From Chloroflexota bacterium (GTDB lineage Bacteria; Chloroflexota; UBA11872; VXOZ01): a stretch of 64,000 nt of DNA. Both the position numbers and the translations under genes were made by a program. Numbering within the stretch: the first letter of the stretch is position 1; each line of letters begins with the position of its first letter. Under the pieces are notes generated by a model, which saw nothing but the letters and a program-made list of their open reading frames with translations, was not told the origin of the DNA and made no database searches. Location of the stretch: contig OZ244922.1 of the NCBI GenBank assembly GCA_965221905.1, positions 2,752,001-2,816,000 on the forward strand, read 5' to 3'. Below are positions 38,051 to 48,053 of this stretch, piece by piece.

Positions 38051-40076
38051 TACCACATATCGCATGACCCTGAGTCTGCATGTCTTGAATGAGTTGGGCA
38101 TTAACTTGTACAGCAACGTTCCTGCAGTCTTGGCTGAAGTCGTTGCCAATTCGTGGGATGCTGATGCCACTTGTGTCCGCATAGAAATAGATCGCGAGAA
38201 CAGACGTATTGTCATTACTGATGATGGACGCGGGATGCTAGTAGACGAGCAAGTAAACGAAATCAATGCCAAATACCTGACAGTGGGCTACCATCGACGT
38301 GATGAAGATGACGAAGTAGATGAACACGGAAGAATCCTCACGCGAGACGAGAAAGGGAATTCAATCACCCCTAAGTTTGGCCGGCCAGTGATGGGCAGAA
38401 AAGGAATTGGCAAACTCTCTCTCTTTGCGATTGCAGATGAGTTCCATGTTCACACGGCTAGACTTGGACATAAGGCTGGATGTGTTTTGTCTAGCGAGGG
38501 CATTAGGACGCAGCTCAAGGGGGAATCGGGCGTCTACCACCCGCTACAAATTGCCCCCAGTGCAGTAGAAGTCGAACAAGGTACGCGCATAATACTTACT
38601 GACCTGAAGAAAGACATTAGCCAAGCCTCCGGCAACTTGCGCACGCGTCTAGCTAGGAGGTTCGGCATAAGAGGAGAATCGTATGGCTTTAAGATTGTTA
38701 TTGACAACAAGAAGGTTTCAATAGAAGATCGTGATTACTTCCAAAAGGTCCAGCACTTATGGGAGTACGGGGAGTCTAAACCTACCTTCGAATCGCAATG
38801 CAATCGTTTGGCCGTGCATTTTAATAGACCTAACCAAGTTAGTCCCGAACATGATTGGCGAGTATCGGGATGGATCGGCACAGCATATCGTTCAGGTGAC
38901 TTAAAGGAAGGCAAAGAGAGCATCAACAAGCTTGTGATCTTGGTTAGAGAGAAGCTGGCCCAAGAAGACATACTTGAGGAATTCGGTGAAGGCGGGGTAT
39001 ACGCAAGCTACGTTTTTGGCGAACTCCACGCAGACTTTCTAGATATTGACAACGACGATGACATTGCAACTAGCAGTCGCCAGAGGATTATTGAGGATGA
39101 CTTAAGATACGTTGCACTTAGGAGATTCATTGGCGAAGAACTAAAGGAGATTCAAAGGAATTGGACTGGGTTGAGGAATAGAGAGGGTGAAGAAGTAGCC
39201 AAACAGATTCCTGCTATCGATTCCTGGTTTCAGAAGCTAGGTCCAGATCACCGGCAGAAGGCACGGTCAATATTTGGCAAGATCAATCAGCTCAACTTGG
39301 AAGATGATCAGCGTAGAGTCCTCCTACAAAACGGAGTGATCGCATTTGAAACTCTTCGCCACAAGGAACAACTTGAAAAGCTGGAGTCGCTTTCGACGCA
39401 AGACATGTCAACGATAGCAAAGATATTTGACGACCTAGATGATTTGGAGGCTACGCTGTACCATCGAATCGTAGCTGAGCGCCTTCAAGTGATTGAAGCG
39501 TTGAAGAGTGCCGTGGACAACAACGCCCTTGAAAGAGTCCTACAAGAACACATCTTTACCCATCTGTGGCTACTCGATCCATCTTGGGAACGAGCAACAG
39601 CGACTGTCCCATCTTACATGGAAGCATCTGTCACGAAGATGTTCGAGGATGAGGATAAGGATTTAACGAAAGAAGAACGTTCGAGTAGGATTGACATCAA
39701 GTACACTACTGCCCAAGGCAAGCACGTTATCGTTGAATTGAAGAAAGCGGATCGAAGTATACGCACAGACGAGGTTTACAGACAGTTGGACAACTATCGA
39801 AGGGCCTTCGAAAAGGTCGCCCGGCAACATGAAGACCCACCAAAGCCTCTTGAACTCATATGCATTGTTGGCAAAGATCTGCGTGGATGGGTAGATCACA
39901 GAGAACGTGAGCGAACTGCTGAAGCGCTCGCTGCCATTGGAGGGCGAGTGGTCACATATCAACAATTGATAGCTGGCTCAGAGGCAAGTTACCGGGAGTT
40001 TCTTACGCGACACGCGGAGGCAGGGAAAGTCTCTGAACTGATTCGCGAGATCGGTGAATGGGAGTGGAAAGACTAG
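38034..40076 (+). CDS. GHKL (MORC/MutL-like) ATPase fused to C-terminal PD-(D/E)xK nuclease; HgiDII-like restriction enzyme candidate
   Basis: EVVANSWDAD, DDGRGM, GRKGIGK, GTRI. C-terminal RIDI...IVELKK...QL..Y. Overlaps the MTase by 17 nt. Confidence 0.8.
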   Translation: MAQEADTTYRMTLSLHVLNELGINLYSNVPAVLAEVVANSWDADATCVRIEIDRENRRIVITDDGRGMLVDEQVNEINAKYLTVGYHRRDEDDEVDEHGRILTRDEKGNSITPKFGRPVMGRKGIGKLSLFAIADEFHVHTARLGHKAGCVLSSEGIRTQLKGESGVYHPLQIAPSAVEVEQGTRIILTDLKKDISQASGNLRTRLARRFGIRGESYGFKIVIDNKKVSIEDRDYFQKVQHLWEYGESKPTFESQCNRLAVHFNRPNQVSPEHDWRVSGWIGTAYRSGDLKEGKESINKLVILVREKLAQEDILEEFGEGGVYASYVFGELHADFLDIDNDDDIATSSRQRIIEDDLRYVALRRFIGEELKEIQRNWTGLRNREGEEVAKQIPAIDSWFQKLGPDHRQKARSIFGKINQLNLEDDQRRVLLQNGVIAFETLRHKEQLEKLESLSTQDMSTIAKIFDDLDDLEATLYHRIVAERLQVIEALKSAVDNNALERVLQEHIFTHLWLLDPSWERATATVPSYMEASVTKMFEDEDKDLTKEERSSRIDIKYTTAQGKHVIVELKKADRSIRTDEVYRQLDNYRRAFEKVARQHEDPPKPLELICIVGKDLRGWVDHRERERTAEALAAIGGRVVTYQQLIAGSEASYREFLTRHAEAGKVSELIREIGEWEWKD

Positions 40077-40079
40077 CAG

Positions 40080-40496
40080 CTAATAAGCTGCTAGTATCCT
40101 TGTGGCTGCTTCCTCTGGATTAACGTGTTCCCAAATCCGGATGACCTTCCATCCAATAGAACTCAAGTAATGGTTTGTATTCCTGTCCCTTTCGACGTTT
40201 TGCCAAAGCTTTGGAATCCAGTATTCCTGGTTGGTCTTTGGCGTAGTGCCGTGCTCTGGACACGAATGCCAAAAGCAACCGTCCACAAAAACTGCAATCT
40301 TCTTCCTGGTGAAGGCGATGTCTGCATGCACCGTCCGGCTGTTTGGCAAGCGAATGGGATAGTCTTTCCTGAACCGTAGCCCTCTCCGGTGTAGTAACGA
40401 CCTTAGGGCAATTTCCGGCTTCGTATCTACCCGACGATTAGCACGCATCTTCTTCGTCGCGGTAGCGCTTGTAGGTTTTGGATATGGAAGACTCAT
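40080..40496 (-). CDS. vsr: Very short patch repair endonuclease
   Basis: MRANR..DTKPE, FVDGCFWH.CP.H, NVERD, GWKVIRIWE. Confidence 0.93.
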   Translation of the reverse strand: MSLPYPKPTSATATKKMRANRRVDTKPEIALRSLLHRRGLRFRKDYPIRLPNSRTVHADIAFTRKKIAVFVDGCFWHSCPEHGTTPKTNQEYWIPKLWQNVERDRNTNHYLSSIGWKVIRIWEHVNPEEAATRILAAY

Positions 40497-40517
40497 CGAA
40501 CGCAACTTTCCGCCATG

Positions 40518-41309
40518 CTAGCTACTCGCGCTGGAGTACTTGGTCAGCGCCAGGCGCCAGAAGAGGTGGGAGAGGATGAGGAGGGCGGCGGTCATGGCGA
40601 AGGCGGCGAGGGCAAAGGCGGGGCTGAGGAGGCCCATGAGGGCTTGGCTGGGGACCATGGCGATGAACGCCACCGGCAGCACGAACGTAAGGCCGAGGCG
40701 GAGCGCGCCGCGAAAGACGTCGGTAGGCACGCGGGAAACCTCGATGAGATTGTAGTAGAGGTGACCCACGTTATTGAGCCTACCGGCCCAGAACGTGACC
40801 GACACGACCATGAACCAAAGCGAATAGGCAATCAAGCTCGCGCAGAGTATTAGCCCCACGAAGAGCAGCGCGCCGTGCCACGTAATCGGCTGCGCGAGCA
40901 TCCCGATTGCGTACCACAGTACAGCGCATCCAGTTACCACTTGCACCAGCGGGTCCCAATCGAACCGCCGCGTTGAGACATAGAAGCGCGTGCTTACCGG
41001 CTTGCTCAGCACGAAATCGAGCTCGCCGCGATTGATGAGCCCGGAGAGGGCGTTCATGTTTTCGCCAAAGATCGACTCCACAATACCGTCAACGATCATC
41101 ACGGTGGCCGCCAGCACCAGCATCTGCTCCATGCGCCAGCCAGCGACTGACTGCACGTGGGCGAAGATGAACTGGATCGAAAGCACATAGACCACAGCTA
41201 GGAGGACCGTCGCAATGCTCCAGACCGTGAAACTCAGCCGATATTCCAGCGAGTCGAGGATGGAATTCTTTGCAAAGGCGAGGTAGAGCCGCACGTACCG
41301 TTGCATCAT
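40518..41309 (-). CDS. ABC-2 type (DUF990) exporter permease
   Basis: GW.., GELDFVLSKP, PVAFIAMVP, YSSASS; multi-TM. Confidence 0.88.
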   Translation of the reverse strand: MMQRYVRLYLAFAKNSILDSLEYRLSFTVWSIATVLLAVVYVLSIQFIFAHVQSVAGWRMEQMLVLAATVMIVDGIVESIFGENMNALSGLINRGELDFVLSKPVSTRFYVSTRRFDWDPLVQVVTGCAVLWYAIGMLAQPITWHGALLFVGLILCASLIAYSLWFMVVSVTFWAGRLNNVGHLYYNLIEVSRVPTDVFRGALRLGLTFVLPVAFIAMVPSQALMGLLSPAFALAAFAMTAALLILSHLFWRLALTKYSSASS

Positions 41310-42122
41310 TCAGCCTCCATACGCGCCGTAGCGGCGCACCCCGGCGGCGAACACCCACTGCATGAGCAGGTACGCCAGCACCAACCACATGCCCTGTATA
41401 GCGAGTCCGCCGAGCGCAGACAGAAAGTCAAGCCGACCCTGGAGCAACTGCACCGGGAAGAAGTAGAGGTAGCGAAACGGCAGGAAGAACGTCACGCGCT
41501 CCACTGCCGCCGGCATCAAGTCCAAAGGGATGATGTTCCCGGCCAAAAAAACAATGACTATGGTATACACTTGGGCAATTCCATCCACGCGACCTATCCA
41601 AAACGCCAAAAGGCCCATGGCCAGCTTGAGGCAGTAGCTTAGCAAGAATGAGAGCACCATGCTTGCCAGCAGGATGGGCGCAGTCTCCCACGTGAGCGCG
41701 AATGCATCCAGCAGGCCCCACCCAAGAATGAGGACAATCAATAGAGTGAGCGGAATGAGAAAAAAGAGCCGGACGCCCCTTCCAGCGACTTCACCTGCGA
41801 GCAGCCACAGTTGGAACGGAAACGGCCGCACAAGGTGCAGAGAGATTGTGCCATTTCGAATTAGGTAGCTCGAGTACCCCTCTGGATACGGCGTCAGAAT
41901 CGTGTTCAGGACCAAGAACATGACGTAGTAGTGCACCATGTCCTCGACCGCATACTCTCCAATCCGATCTACGGTGCGGTACGCCGCCAGCCAGAACGCA
42001 ATCATCACGAGCGGTATAACGGCGTCGTTGATAAACCACACAAAGCCTTCGGCGCGATACGTGAGGGCATCTTGCCATGAAAAGAGAAGAGCCGCGCGTA
42101 GTTTACGAAACAGTTTCAGCAT
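41310..42122 (-). CDS. ABC-2 type (DUF990) exporter permease
   Basis: IRNGTI..HLVRP, AGNIIPLDLMP, LPFRY..FFP, GVRRY..YGG. Confidence 0.88.
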   Translation of the reverse strand: MLKLFRKLRAALLFSWQDALTYRAEGFVWFINDAVIPLVMIAFWLAAYRTVDRIGEYAVEDMVHYYVMFLVLNTILTPYPEGYSSYLIRNGTISLHLVRPFPFQLWLLAGEVAGRGVRLFFLIPLTLLIVLILGWGLLDAFALTWETAPILLASMVLSFLLSYCLKLAMGLLAFWIGRVDGIAQVYTIVIVFLAGNIIPLDLMPAAVERVTFFLPFRYLYFFPVQLLQGRLDFLSALGGLAIQGMWLVLAYLLMQWVFAAGVRRYGAYGG

Positions 42123-43104
42123 GCGCGGGCCGCCCACCGGAGAAGAACTGACGGATTACCTCGTCAACCTCGGGCTCGACGATGTTCAGGTCCAACACCG
42201 GATAGTCTTGCAGCAGTTGGGCGGAAACCTGCGGCACGGAAGCGCGGGCGATGCGCAGAGTGCTGGTGCGGGGCCGGTAGGCAACCACGGCGCCAAAGGT
42301 TGCCAACGCGGATTCCGCAACCGGCGTTGCGAATGTTGCGGTTAAGAGCTTATAGTCCGCGTAGCGGCGCACGACCGTTTCCAGATCGCCATCGAAGACG
42401 AGGTGGCCGTGGTCGATGATGAGCACACGTTCGCAGAGCGCCTCCACGTCCCGCATGTAGTGGCTCGTGAGAATGACAGTCGCGCCGTAGCGCGCATTGT
42501 ACTCGCGCACAAAATTGCGGATGTTCTGCTGCATCACCACGTCGAGTCCAATGGTCGGTTCGTCCAGGAAGAGCACCTGCGGCCGGTGCAGCAAAGCGGC
42601 CAGCAACTCGCACTTCATGCGCTCACCGAGGGAGAGCTTGCGCGCCTGCACGTTTATCACCTGCTCGAGCTCCAGTAACTGCACTAGTTCATCGAGCGTC
42701 GCCCGAAACTGCGCGTCCGGCACCTCGTAGATTTCTTTGTTGATAAGAAAGGTCTCCATGGGCGGCAAGTCCCACCAAAGTTGGTGCTTCTGCCCCATTA
42801 CCAAGGCAAAGCGCCGCTGAAACGCAGCCTGGCGCTGCCATGGCGTGTGCCCTAGCACTGAAACCTCACCTCCCGTGGGATAGAGCAGACCGGAGAGCAC
42901 TTTGAGAGTCGTGGTCTTGCCGGCGCCGTTGGGCCCCAGAAAGCCGACCAATTCGCCGCTCTCGATGGAGAACGAGATGTCGTCTACCGCCTTTACCGGA
43001 TAGGTCTTGCGCCGCACGAACGACTTGAGCGAGCCCACCAGACCCGGCTCTTTCTGATGGACGTCATAGAATTTGGAGAGATTCTGCACAGAGATTGCGC
43101 TCAT
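42103..43104 (-). CDS. ABC exporter ATP-binding subunit
   Basis: GPNGAGKTT, LSLGE, FLDEPTIGLD, TSH. Confidence 0.94.
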   Translation of the reverse strand: MSAISVQNLSKFYDVHQKEPGLVGSLKSFVRRKTYPVKAVDDISFSIESGELVGFLGPNGAGKTTTLKVLSGLLYPTGGEVSVLGHTPWQRQAAFQRRFALVMGQKHQLWWDLPPMETFLINKEIYEVPDAQFRATLDELVQLLELEQVINVQARKLSLGERMKCELLAALLHRPQVLFLDEPTIGLDVVMQQNIRNFVREYNARYGATVILTSHYMRDVEALCERVLIIDHGHLVFDGDLETVVRRYADYKLLTATFATPVAESALATFGAVVAYRPRTSTLRIARASVPQVSAQLLQDYPVLDLNIVEPEVDEVIRQFFSGGRPAHAETVS

Positions 43105-43427
43105 GATGGTCTTGATTCTAACTCCGACTACAGTGGGTTGAACGGCTTGTTCTCGGCGAAGCTTACAGCCCGGCCATCGTCGTCTTCACTGGGGCCACAC
43201 CGGCGCAGACAACGCACTATCTGCATGAATTGCCGCTGCATTCCTCCCGGGCAGACCCGCATGTGCTATTCTAACACGTACCCTTAGCGCCTCTGGCAGA
43301 GGGCCATTTGTGCGGAGGAAGCTGCGCTAAGTCCCTGTCGAAGTCCGAACTATCTGCATATGGTCAAACCGACAGAACCGTGGTGTGCATCACGCCCCGT
43401 CAGAAAGTGCATGCGAGTGATTGCCCT

Positions 43428-44060
43428 ATGGATACGAAACCACAATTAGAATCCCCAGAAGCCACGCCACCAATCGTCAACATCATAGGCGAGAAGGTCG
43501 CGCTAGGTCCGTTGCGCAAAGACCTGATCCACACCTATACGCGCTGGTACAACGACTTCAACACTCTACGCACGCTGGGCGCGATGCCTGTGCCGCTTAC
43601 CGTGGGGCAAGAAGAAAAGTGGTACGAGCGCGTGGTCGCGGGCGGCGGGAACGAAGTAGCCTTTACCGTGTACGAGCAAAGCACCATGCGACCCATCGGC
43701 AATAGCGGTCTCAGCGATATTGACTATCGCAACCGCACGGCCGAGTTCGGGATCACGATTGGCGAACCGGACGCCCGCGGCAAGGGATACGGCACGGAAA
43801 TCGCGCAACTGATGCTCGGCTATGCGTTCACGGCACTCGGCTTACAAAACGTGAAGCTAACCGTCCACGAATACAACCTTGCCGGTATCCGTGCCTACAC
43901 GAAAGCCGGATTCAAGCAATATGGGCGCCGCCGAGAGAAGATTCTAATGGGCGGCAGGCACTGGGACGAGATTCACATGGAGTGCCTGGCTACAGAATGG
44001 GGCCCCAGCCCGGTGCTGGCCGAGATATTCAAGCCCGACGAACCGCGTACGTCACCCTAG
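43428..44060 (+). CDS. RimJ/RimL-family GNAT acetyltransferase, copy 1
   Basis: Start reassigned to MDTKPQ. RGKGYGTE, N.AGIRAY.KAGF. Confidence 0.9.
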   Translation: MDTKPQLESPEATPPIVNIIGEKVALGPLRKDLIHTYTRWYNDFNTLRTLGAMPVPLTVGQEEKWYERVVAGGGNEVAFTVYEQSTMRPIGNSGLSDIDYRNRTAEFGITIGEPDARGKGYGTEIAQLMLGYAFTALGLQNVKLTVHEYNLAGIRAYTKAGFKQYGRRREKILMGGRHWDEIHMECLATEWGPSPVLAEIFKPDEPRTSP

Positions 44061-44090
44061 CCGTGGCAGCCGTTCGCCCTCTAACCCTTA

Positions 44091-44232
44091 CCGTTCGCCC
44101 GCGACACCGTACCGTTCGCCCTGAGCCTGTCGAAGGGTGAGCTATGTCAGCATCAAGACCTAAGGCCGTTCGCGGCCGTTCGTACTACGATCCTTCGGCA
44201 AGCTCAGGACAGGCAAGGCTCAGCACGAACGG
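44091..44232. repeat. Family-A repeat cluster, duplicated with 45794-45933
   Basis: ccgttcgccctgagcctgtcgaagg ... cttcggcaagctcaggacaggcaaggctcagcacgaacgg. Confidence 0.8.
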
Positions 44233-44307
44233 TATTATCACCGTCTTACCGAGTAAACTGGGGTGTGCAATGCATCCGCTTAAAACATTCACGCAGGTAG
44301 GTCTCAA

Positions 44308-44940
44308 ATGAACACGAAACAACCAACAGACTCACCCGAAGCAACGTCTCCGCTGTTCAACATTGTGGGCGAGAAAGTCGCGCTAGGTCCGCTGCGCAAA
44401 GACCTGGTCCCTCTATACGCGCGTTGGTTCAATGACTTTCGCACCTTGCGGATGTTGGGCCCCATGCCCCGGCCGCTTACCTTGGAACAAGAAGAGCAGT
44501 GGTACAAGCGCGCAATCACTCGCGGCGACGCAGTAATTGCATTTACGATTTATGAAAAGGCCACGAGACGCCCCATCGGCAATACCGGTCTCCATGACAT
44601 TGACCATCGCAACCGCACTGCATTATTCGGCATCACAATCGGTGAACCGGACGCACGCGGCAAGGGCTACGGCACGGAAGCAACGCAACTCATGCTCGAC
44701 TTTGCATTCACAGTGCAAGGTCTGCATAACGTGATGCTATTCGTCCACGAATACAACCTCGCCGGCATTCGCACATACACGAAAGCCGGCTTCAAAGAAT
44801 TCGGCCGCCGACGCGAGTGCCACTTCATGGGTGGCAAACGTTGGGACTTGATCCACATGGAGTGCCTGGCTACAGAGTGGGGCCCAAGCCCCGTGCTGGC
44901 CGATATCTTCAAGCCGGACAAACCGCGAACGTCACCCTAG
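44308..44940 (+). CDS. RimJ/RimL-family GNAT acetyltransferase, copy 2
   Basis: Same motifs. Shares IVGEKVALGPLRKDL and MECLATEWGPSPVLA. Confidence 0.92.
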   Translation: MNTKQPTDSPEATSPLFNIVGEKVALGPLRKDLVPLYARWFNDFRTLRMLGPMPRPLTLEQEEQWYKRAITRGDAVIAFTIYEKATRRPIGNTGLHDIDHRNRTALFGITIGEPDARGKGYGTEATQLMLDFAFTVQGLHNVMLFVHEYNLAGIRTYTKAGFKEFGRRRECHFMGGKRWDLIHMECLATEWGPSPVLADIFKPDKPRTSP

Positions 44941-45133
44941 CAGTGGCAGAATTCGGCCCACGTTACGTGAATCAGGATAGGCCAAATGAAGGCTGGATGC
45001 CTCTATTCATGTTTCGACCCATCGACAGGTTCAGGTTAGGCGAGCTCAGCACGAACGGTATAAATAAGGTCTCACGGAGAAAACTAGGGCGTGAAATCCA
45101 ACCGGTCAGAAAGAACACGCAGGTAGATCACTA

Positions 45134-45763
45134 ATGAGCACGAGTCAAGAAGCAGGTACATCTAAAGCAGCGCCACTCGTCAACATCGTGGGAGAAAAGG
45201 TCGCTTTGGGTCCGTTGCGCAAAGACCTGGTCCCCACCTACGTGCGCTGGATTAACGACTCCCATACACTGCGGACGCTGCTCAAGATGCCCATGCCACT
45301 TACCTTGGAGGAAGAGCAACAGTGGTACGAGCGCGCGAGCACACGAGGCGAGCCCGATACGATGTTTACGATTTTCGAGCGGAGCACGGAGCGTCCTGTC
45401 GGCAACACCGATCTGCACAAGATTGACTATCGCAACCGCACTGCCGGGTTCGGCATCATGATTGGTGAAGCAGACGCACGCGGTAAAGGATTCGGCACCG
45501 AAGCGGCGCAACTGATGCTCGACTATGCGTTCATCGCGCTAGGCTTGCACAACGTGATGCTGCGGGTCTTCGCATATAACCTCGCCGGCATCCGCGCTTA
45601 CACCAAAGCCGGATTCAAAGAGTTTGGCCGCCGCCGCGAATGCCACTTCATGGGCGGGAAGTACTGGGACGTGATCTACATGGAATGCCTTGCTACAGAG
45701 TGGGGCCCAAGCCCGGTGCTGGCCGATATCTTCAAACCGGACGAGCCGCGCCCGTCTCTCTAG
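45134..45763 (+). CDS. RimJ/RimL-family GNAT acetyltransferase, copy 3
   Basis: Same motifs as copies 1 and 2. Confidence 0.92.
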   Translation: MSTSQEAGTSKAAPLVNIVGEKVALGPLRKDLVPTYVRWINDSHTLRTLLKMPMPLTLEEEQQWYERASTRGEPDTMFTIFERSTERPVGNTDLHKIDYRNRTAGFGIMIGEADARGKGFGTEAAQLMLDYAFIALGLHNVMLRVFAYNLAGIRAYTKAGFKEFGRRRECHFMGGKYWDVIYMECLATEWGPSPVLADIFKPDEPRPSL

Positions 45764-45975
45764 TCGTGGCAGCCGTCCGCCCTGAGCCCTTCCCACTCGC
45801 CCGCGACACCTTACCGTTCGCCCTGAGCCCGTCGAAGGGGGAACCATGCAAGCATCAAGACCCCAGCACCCGTAGGCCGTTCATACTTCGATCCTTCGGC
45901 AAGCTCAGGACAGGCAAAGCTCAGCACGAACGGTCTACGGGTACTCTCCGGGAGAATTGAGTTTGCAAGATGCCG

Positions 45976-46761
45976 TCAATCCATACCCAGACGCTTTTCC
46001 AAGAACTCGCGATTATACACTGCCGAGGCATGCGCGTCGTCGCCGGTGGCGGTTTCCAGCACCAGCCAGCCGTCGTAGCCTATCGCTTCGATAGCCGCAA
46101 AGATAGCGTCCCAATCCAGCGGCCCGGCGCCCATGAGCGGGATGCTGTCCGGCTCCTTGGTATGAATCTGGCTGACGAGCCCGTCAAGCGCCCGGAGATC
46201 AGCGGCCGGATCGAACCCTTGCGTATGCGCGTTACCGACGTCGAAGTAGACGCCGAATTGCGGGGAATCAACGGCTGCGACCAAGCGGCGGAAACGCTCC
46301 ACCGACTGTGGATGAGTGCGGCCCACACTCTCCGGGGCCATCACGACGCCCGCCTGTTCTGCCGCGGGCATGATCTCACTGAAGCCATCCACCCAGCGGG
46401 CAAAGGACTCCTCGTAGGGTTGCTCCGGCGGCGCATCCATGGCGCAGAGGATCAGCCGGCCATCAAGTTCCGCAGCAGCCGCAATCGTGTCTGTAGCCAC
46501 GCGAATGCCCTGGGTACGCGCCGCGTCATCACCAGTGAGCATCAGTCCCAGATTGCCGACGCACAACGAACAGACCGCCACGCCCGTCTCCGCCGACTGG
46601 CGCTTGAGCAACTCCCATCCGGCCTTCTCCGCCAGCACATTTCCGTCTGGGTCGCGCGCACTGATGGAGAACTCAACACCTTCAAACCCCAACGAAGCCG
46701 CCAGCGGCAGGGCATCCTCAGGGTCGCCTCCGATTGAGCCGGTACGTGTGCCAATTCTCAT
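45976..46761 (-). CDS. Sugar phosphate isomerase/epimerase (xylose isomerase-like TIM barrel)
   Basis: GFEGVE, APES, YFDVGN, IHTKE, GYDGWLVLE. Confidence 0.88.
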   Translation of the reverse strand: MRIGTRTGSIGGDPEDALPLAASLGFEGVEFSISARDPDGNVLAEKAGWELLKRQSAETGVAVCSLCVGNLGLMLTGDDAARTQGIRVATDTIAAAAELDGRLILCAMDAPPEQPYEESFARWVDGFSEIMPAAEQAGVVMAPESVGRTHPQSVERFRRLVAAVDSPQFGVYFDVGNAHTQGFDPAADLRALDGLVSQIHTKEPDSIPLMGAGPLDWDAIFAAIEAIGYDGWLVLETATGDDAHASAVYNREFLEKRLGMD

Positions 46762-47795
46762 TGTGGCACCACTTCCAGGTCATCGGTGATCCGTACTTCA
46801 CGCCGCAGTTCCGCCGACTTCTGACCGGCATAGGTGAAGGCGAACGAGCGCAGCGCGTCGTCGTAGGGTGACAGAATGCCGTCCTGTGTGTTGTTCGCCA
46901 CCGCTGCTACAAATGCCTGATTCATCGAGAGGTTACAGTCTTGATCGGACGTGATGGTTTCCGCCTCTTGGCCGGAGCGCAAGACCGTCGTGCTGTTAAA
47001 TCCCGCCGTCACGGTGAGGTCTTTGGCGAGAATGTGGAGAACGTTGGTGACGTTGGGCGGCACGCCGGCATGTGCCGCCGGAGAGTTGCCAATCATGCCC
47101 ACCGCGCGATTCTTGAAACGCACGGTCATCGCATTCACATCAAGGATGTTGAGGTCCGGCACATCATTAAGCAAAACGGTGTCGCCGGCGGCGTAGATGG
47201 TATCCGGCTCACCCACGAAGTAGCGCACCAGGTCTATGCTATGTGTATGCTGCTCAATCAGCATGCCCCCAGACTGCTCCTGCACCCGCCACCACGGCGT
47301 GCCCGGCAAGCCGCCCCAGCGCACGGCAATGACCATCCCGATCGGCACACCTTCCAGCAAAGCACGCGTTTGCCCGACGGATGGCGCATACCGCATCTGA
47401 TATCCGACAGCATTTACAATTCCCGTCTCGGCAATGTGGGCCGAGATCTCTTTTGCCACGGAAAGCTCGATTGCGATAGGCTTCTCGATCATCACTGCCT
47501 TGCCCGCCGCAATCACGTCGTGGTCAATCTGGCCGTGCGCAAAGGTGGGCAGCGAGATGTAGACCGCATCCATCTCCACCGCATCCAGCATCGCCCGATG
47601 GTCGGTAAAGATACCGGGTTGGATTGGATTTCTGCCGGAAGGCATGACGCCGTTGAGGGTCTCGACTGCCGCCGTGCAGCGCGACTCATCAATATCGCAA
47701 AACGCCACTAGCTCGCATTCGGGAATCTTAATCAGGTCCCGCATCTCATGCACGGAACGTCCGCCAACCCCAATGAACCCAATTCTAACTGTCAC
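46758..47795 (-). CDS. Gfo/Idh/MocA oxidoreductase
   Basis: IGFIGVG, GKAVMIEKP, SGGMLIEQHTHSID. Confidence 0.92.
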   Translation of the reverse strand: MTVRIGFIGVGGRSVHEMRDLIKIPECELVAFCDIDESRCTAAVETLNGVMPSGRNPIQPGIFTDHRAMLDAVEMDAVYISLPTFAHGQIDHDVIAAGKAVMIEKPIAIELSVAKEISAHIAETGIVNAVGYQMRYAPSVGQTRALLEGVPIGMVIAVRWGGLPGTPWWRVQEQSGGMLIEQHTHSIDLVRYFVGEPDTIYAAGDTVLLNDVPDLNILDVNAMTVRFKNRAVGMIGNSPAAHAGVPPNVTNVLHILAKDLTVTAGFNSTTVLRSGQEAETITSDQDCNLSMNQAFVAAVANNTQDGILSPYDDALRSFAFTYAGQKSAELRREVRITDDLEVVPQ

Positions 47796-48053
47796 GATTC
47801 ATTACTCCCTTCGTCACTGCGCTCGCCACACTAGTACCGAGGCACCGACACTCCCCGCGCCGGCCGCTTATCTGCCTATTGTACGTGGCACCGGAAGAAA
47901 CACAAAATTGCCGCCTCACTCGAATTCAATCTGCACACTCCTCTTCACGTACGGGAACAACTGCCGGCGCTAAAATCAAGGCATTTTTTGTCTCGGAGAA
48001 TTCGGCAGACTATACTGAACAGTGAACGCACCTCTTCCTCAGGAGAACGCCCC

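Noticed and set aside
36869-40517. Prophage or integrative element boundaries around the R-M island
   Set aside because: No integrase, tRNA or convincing direct repeats were seen at either junction.
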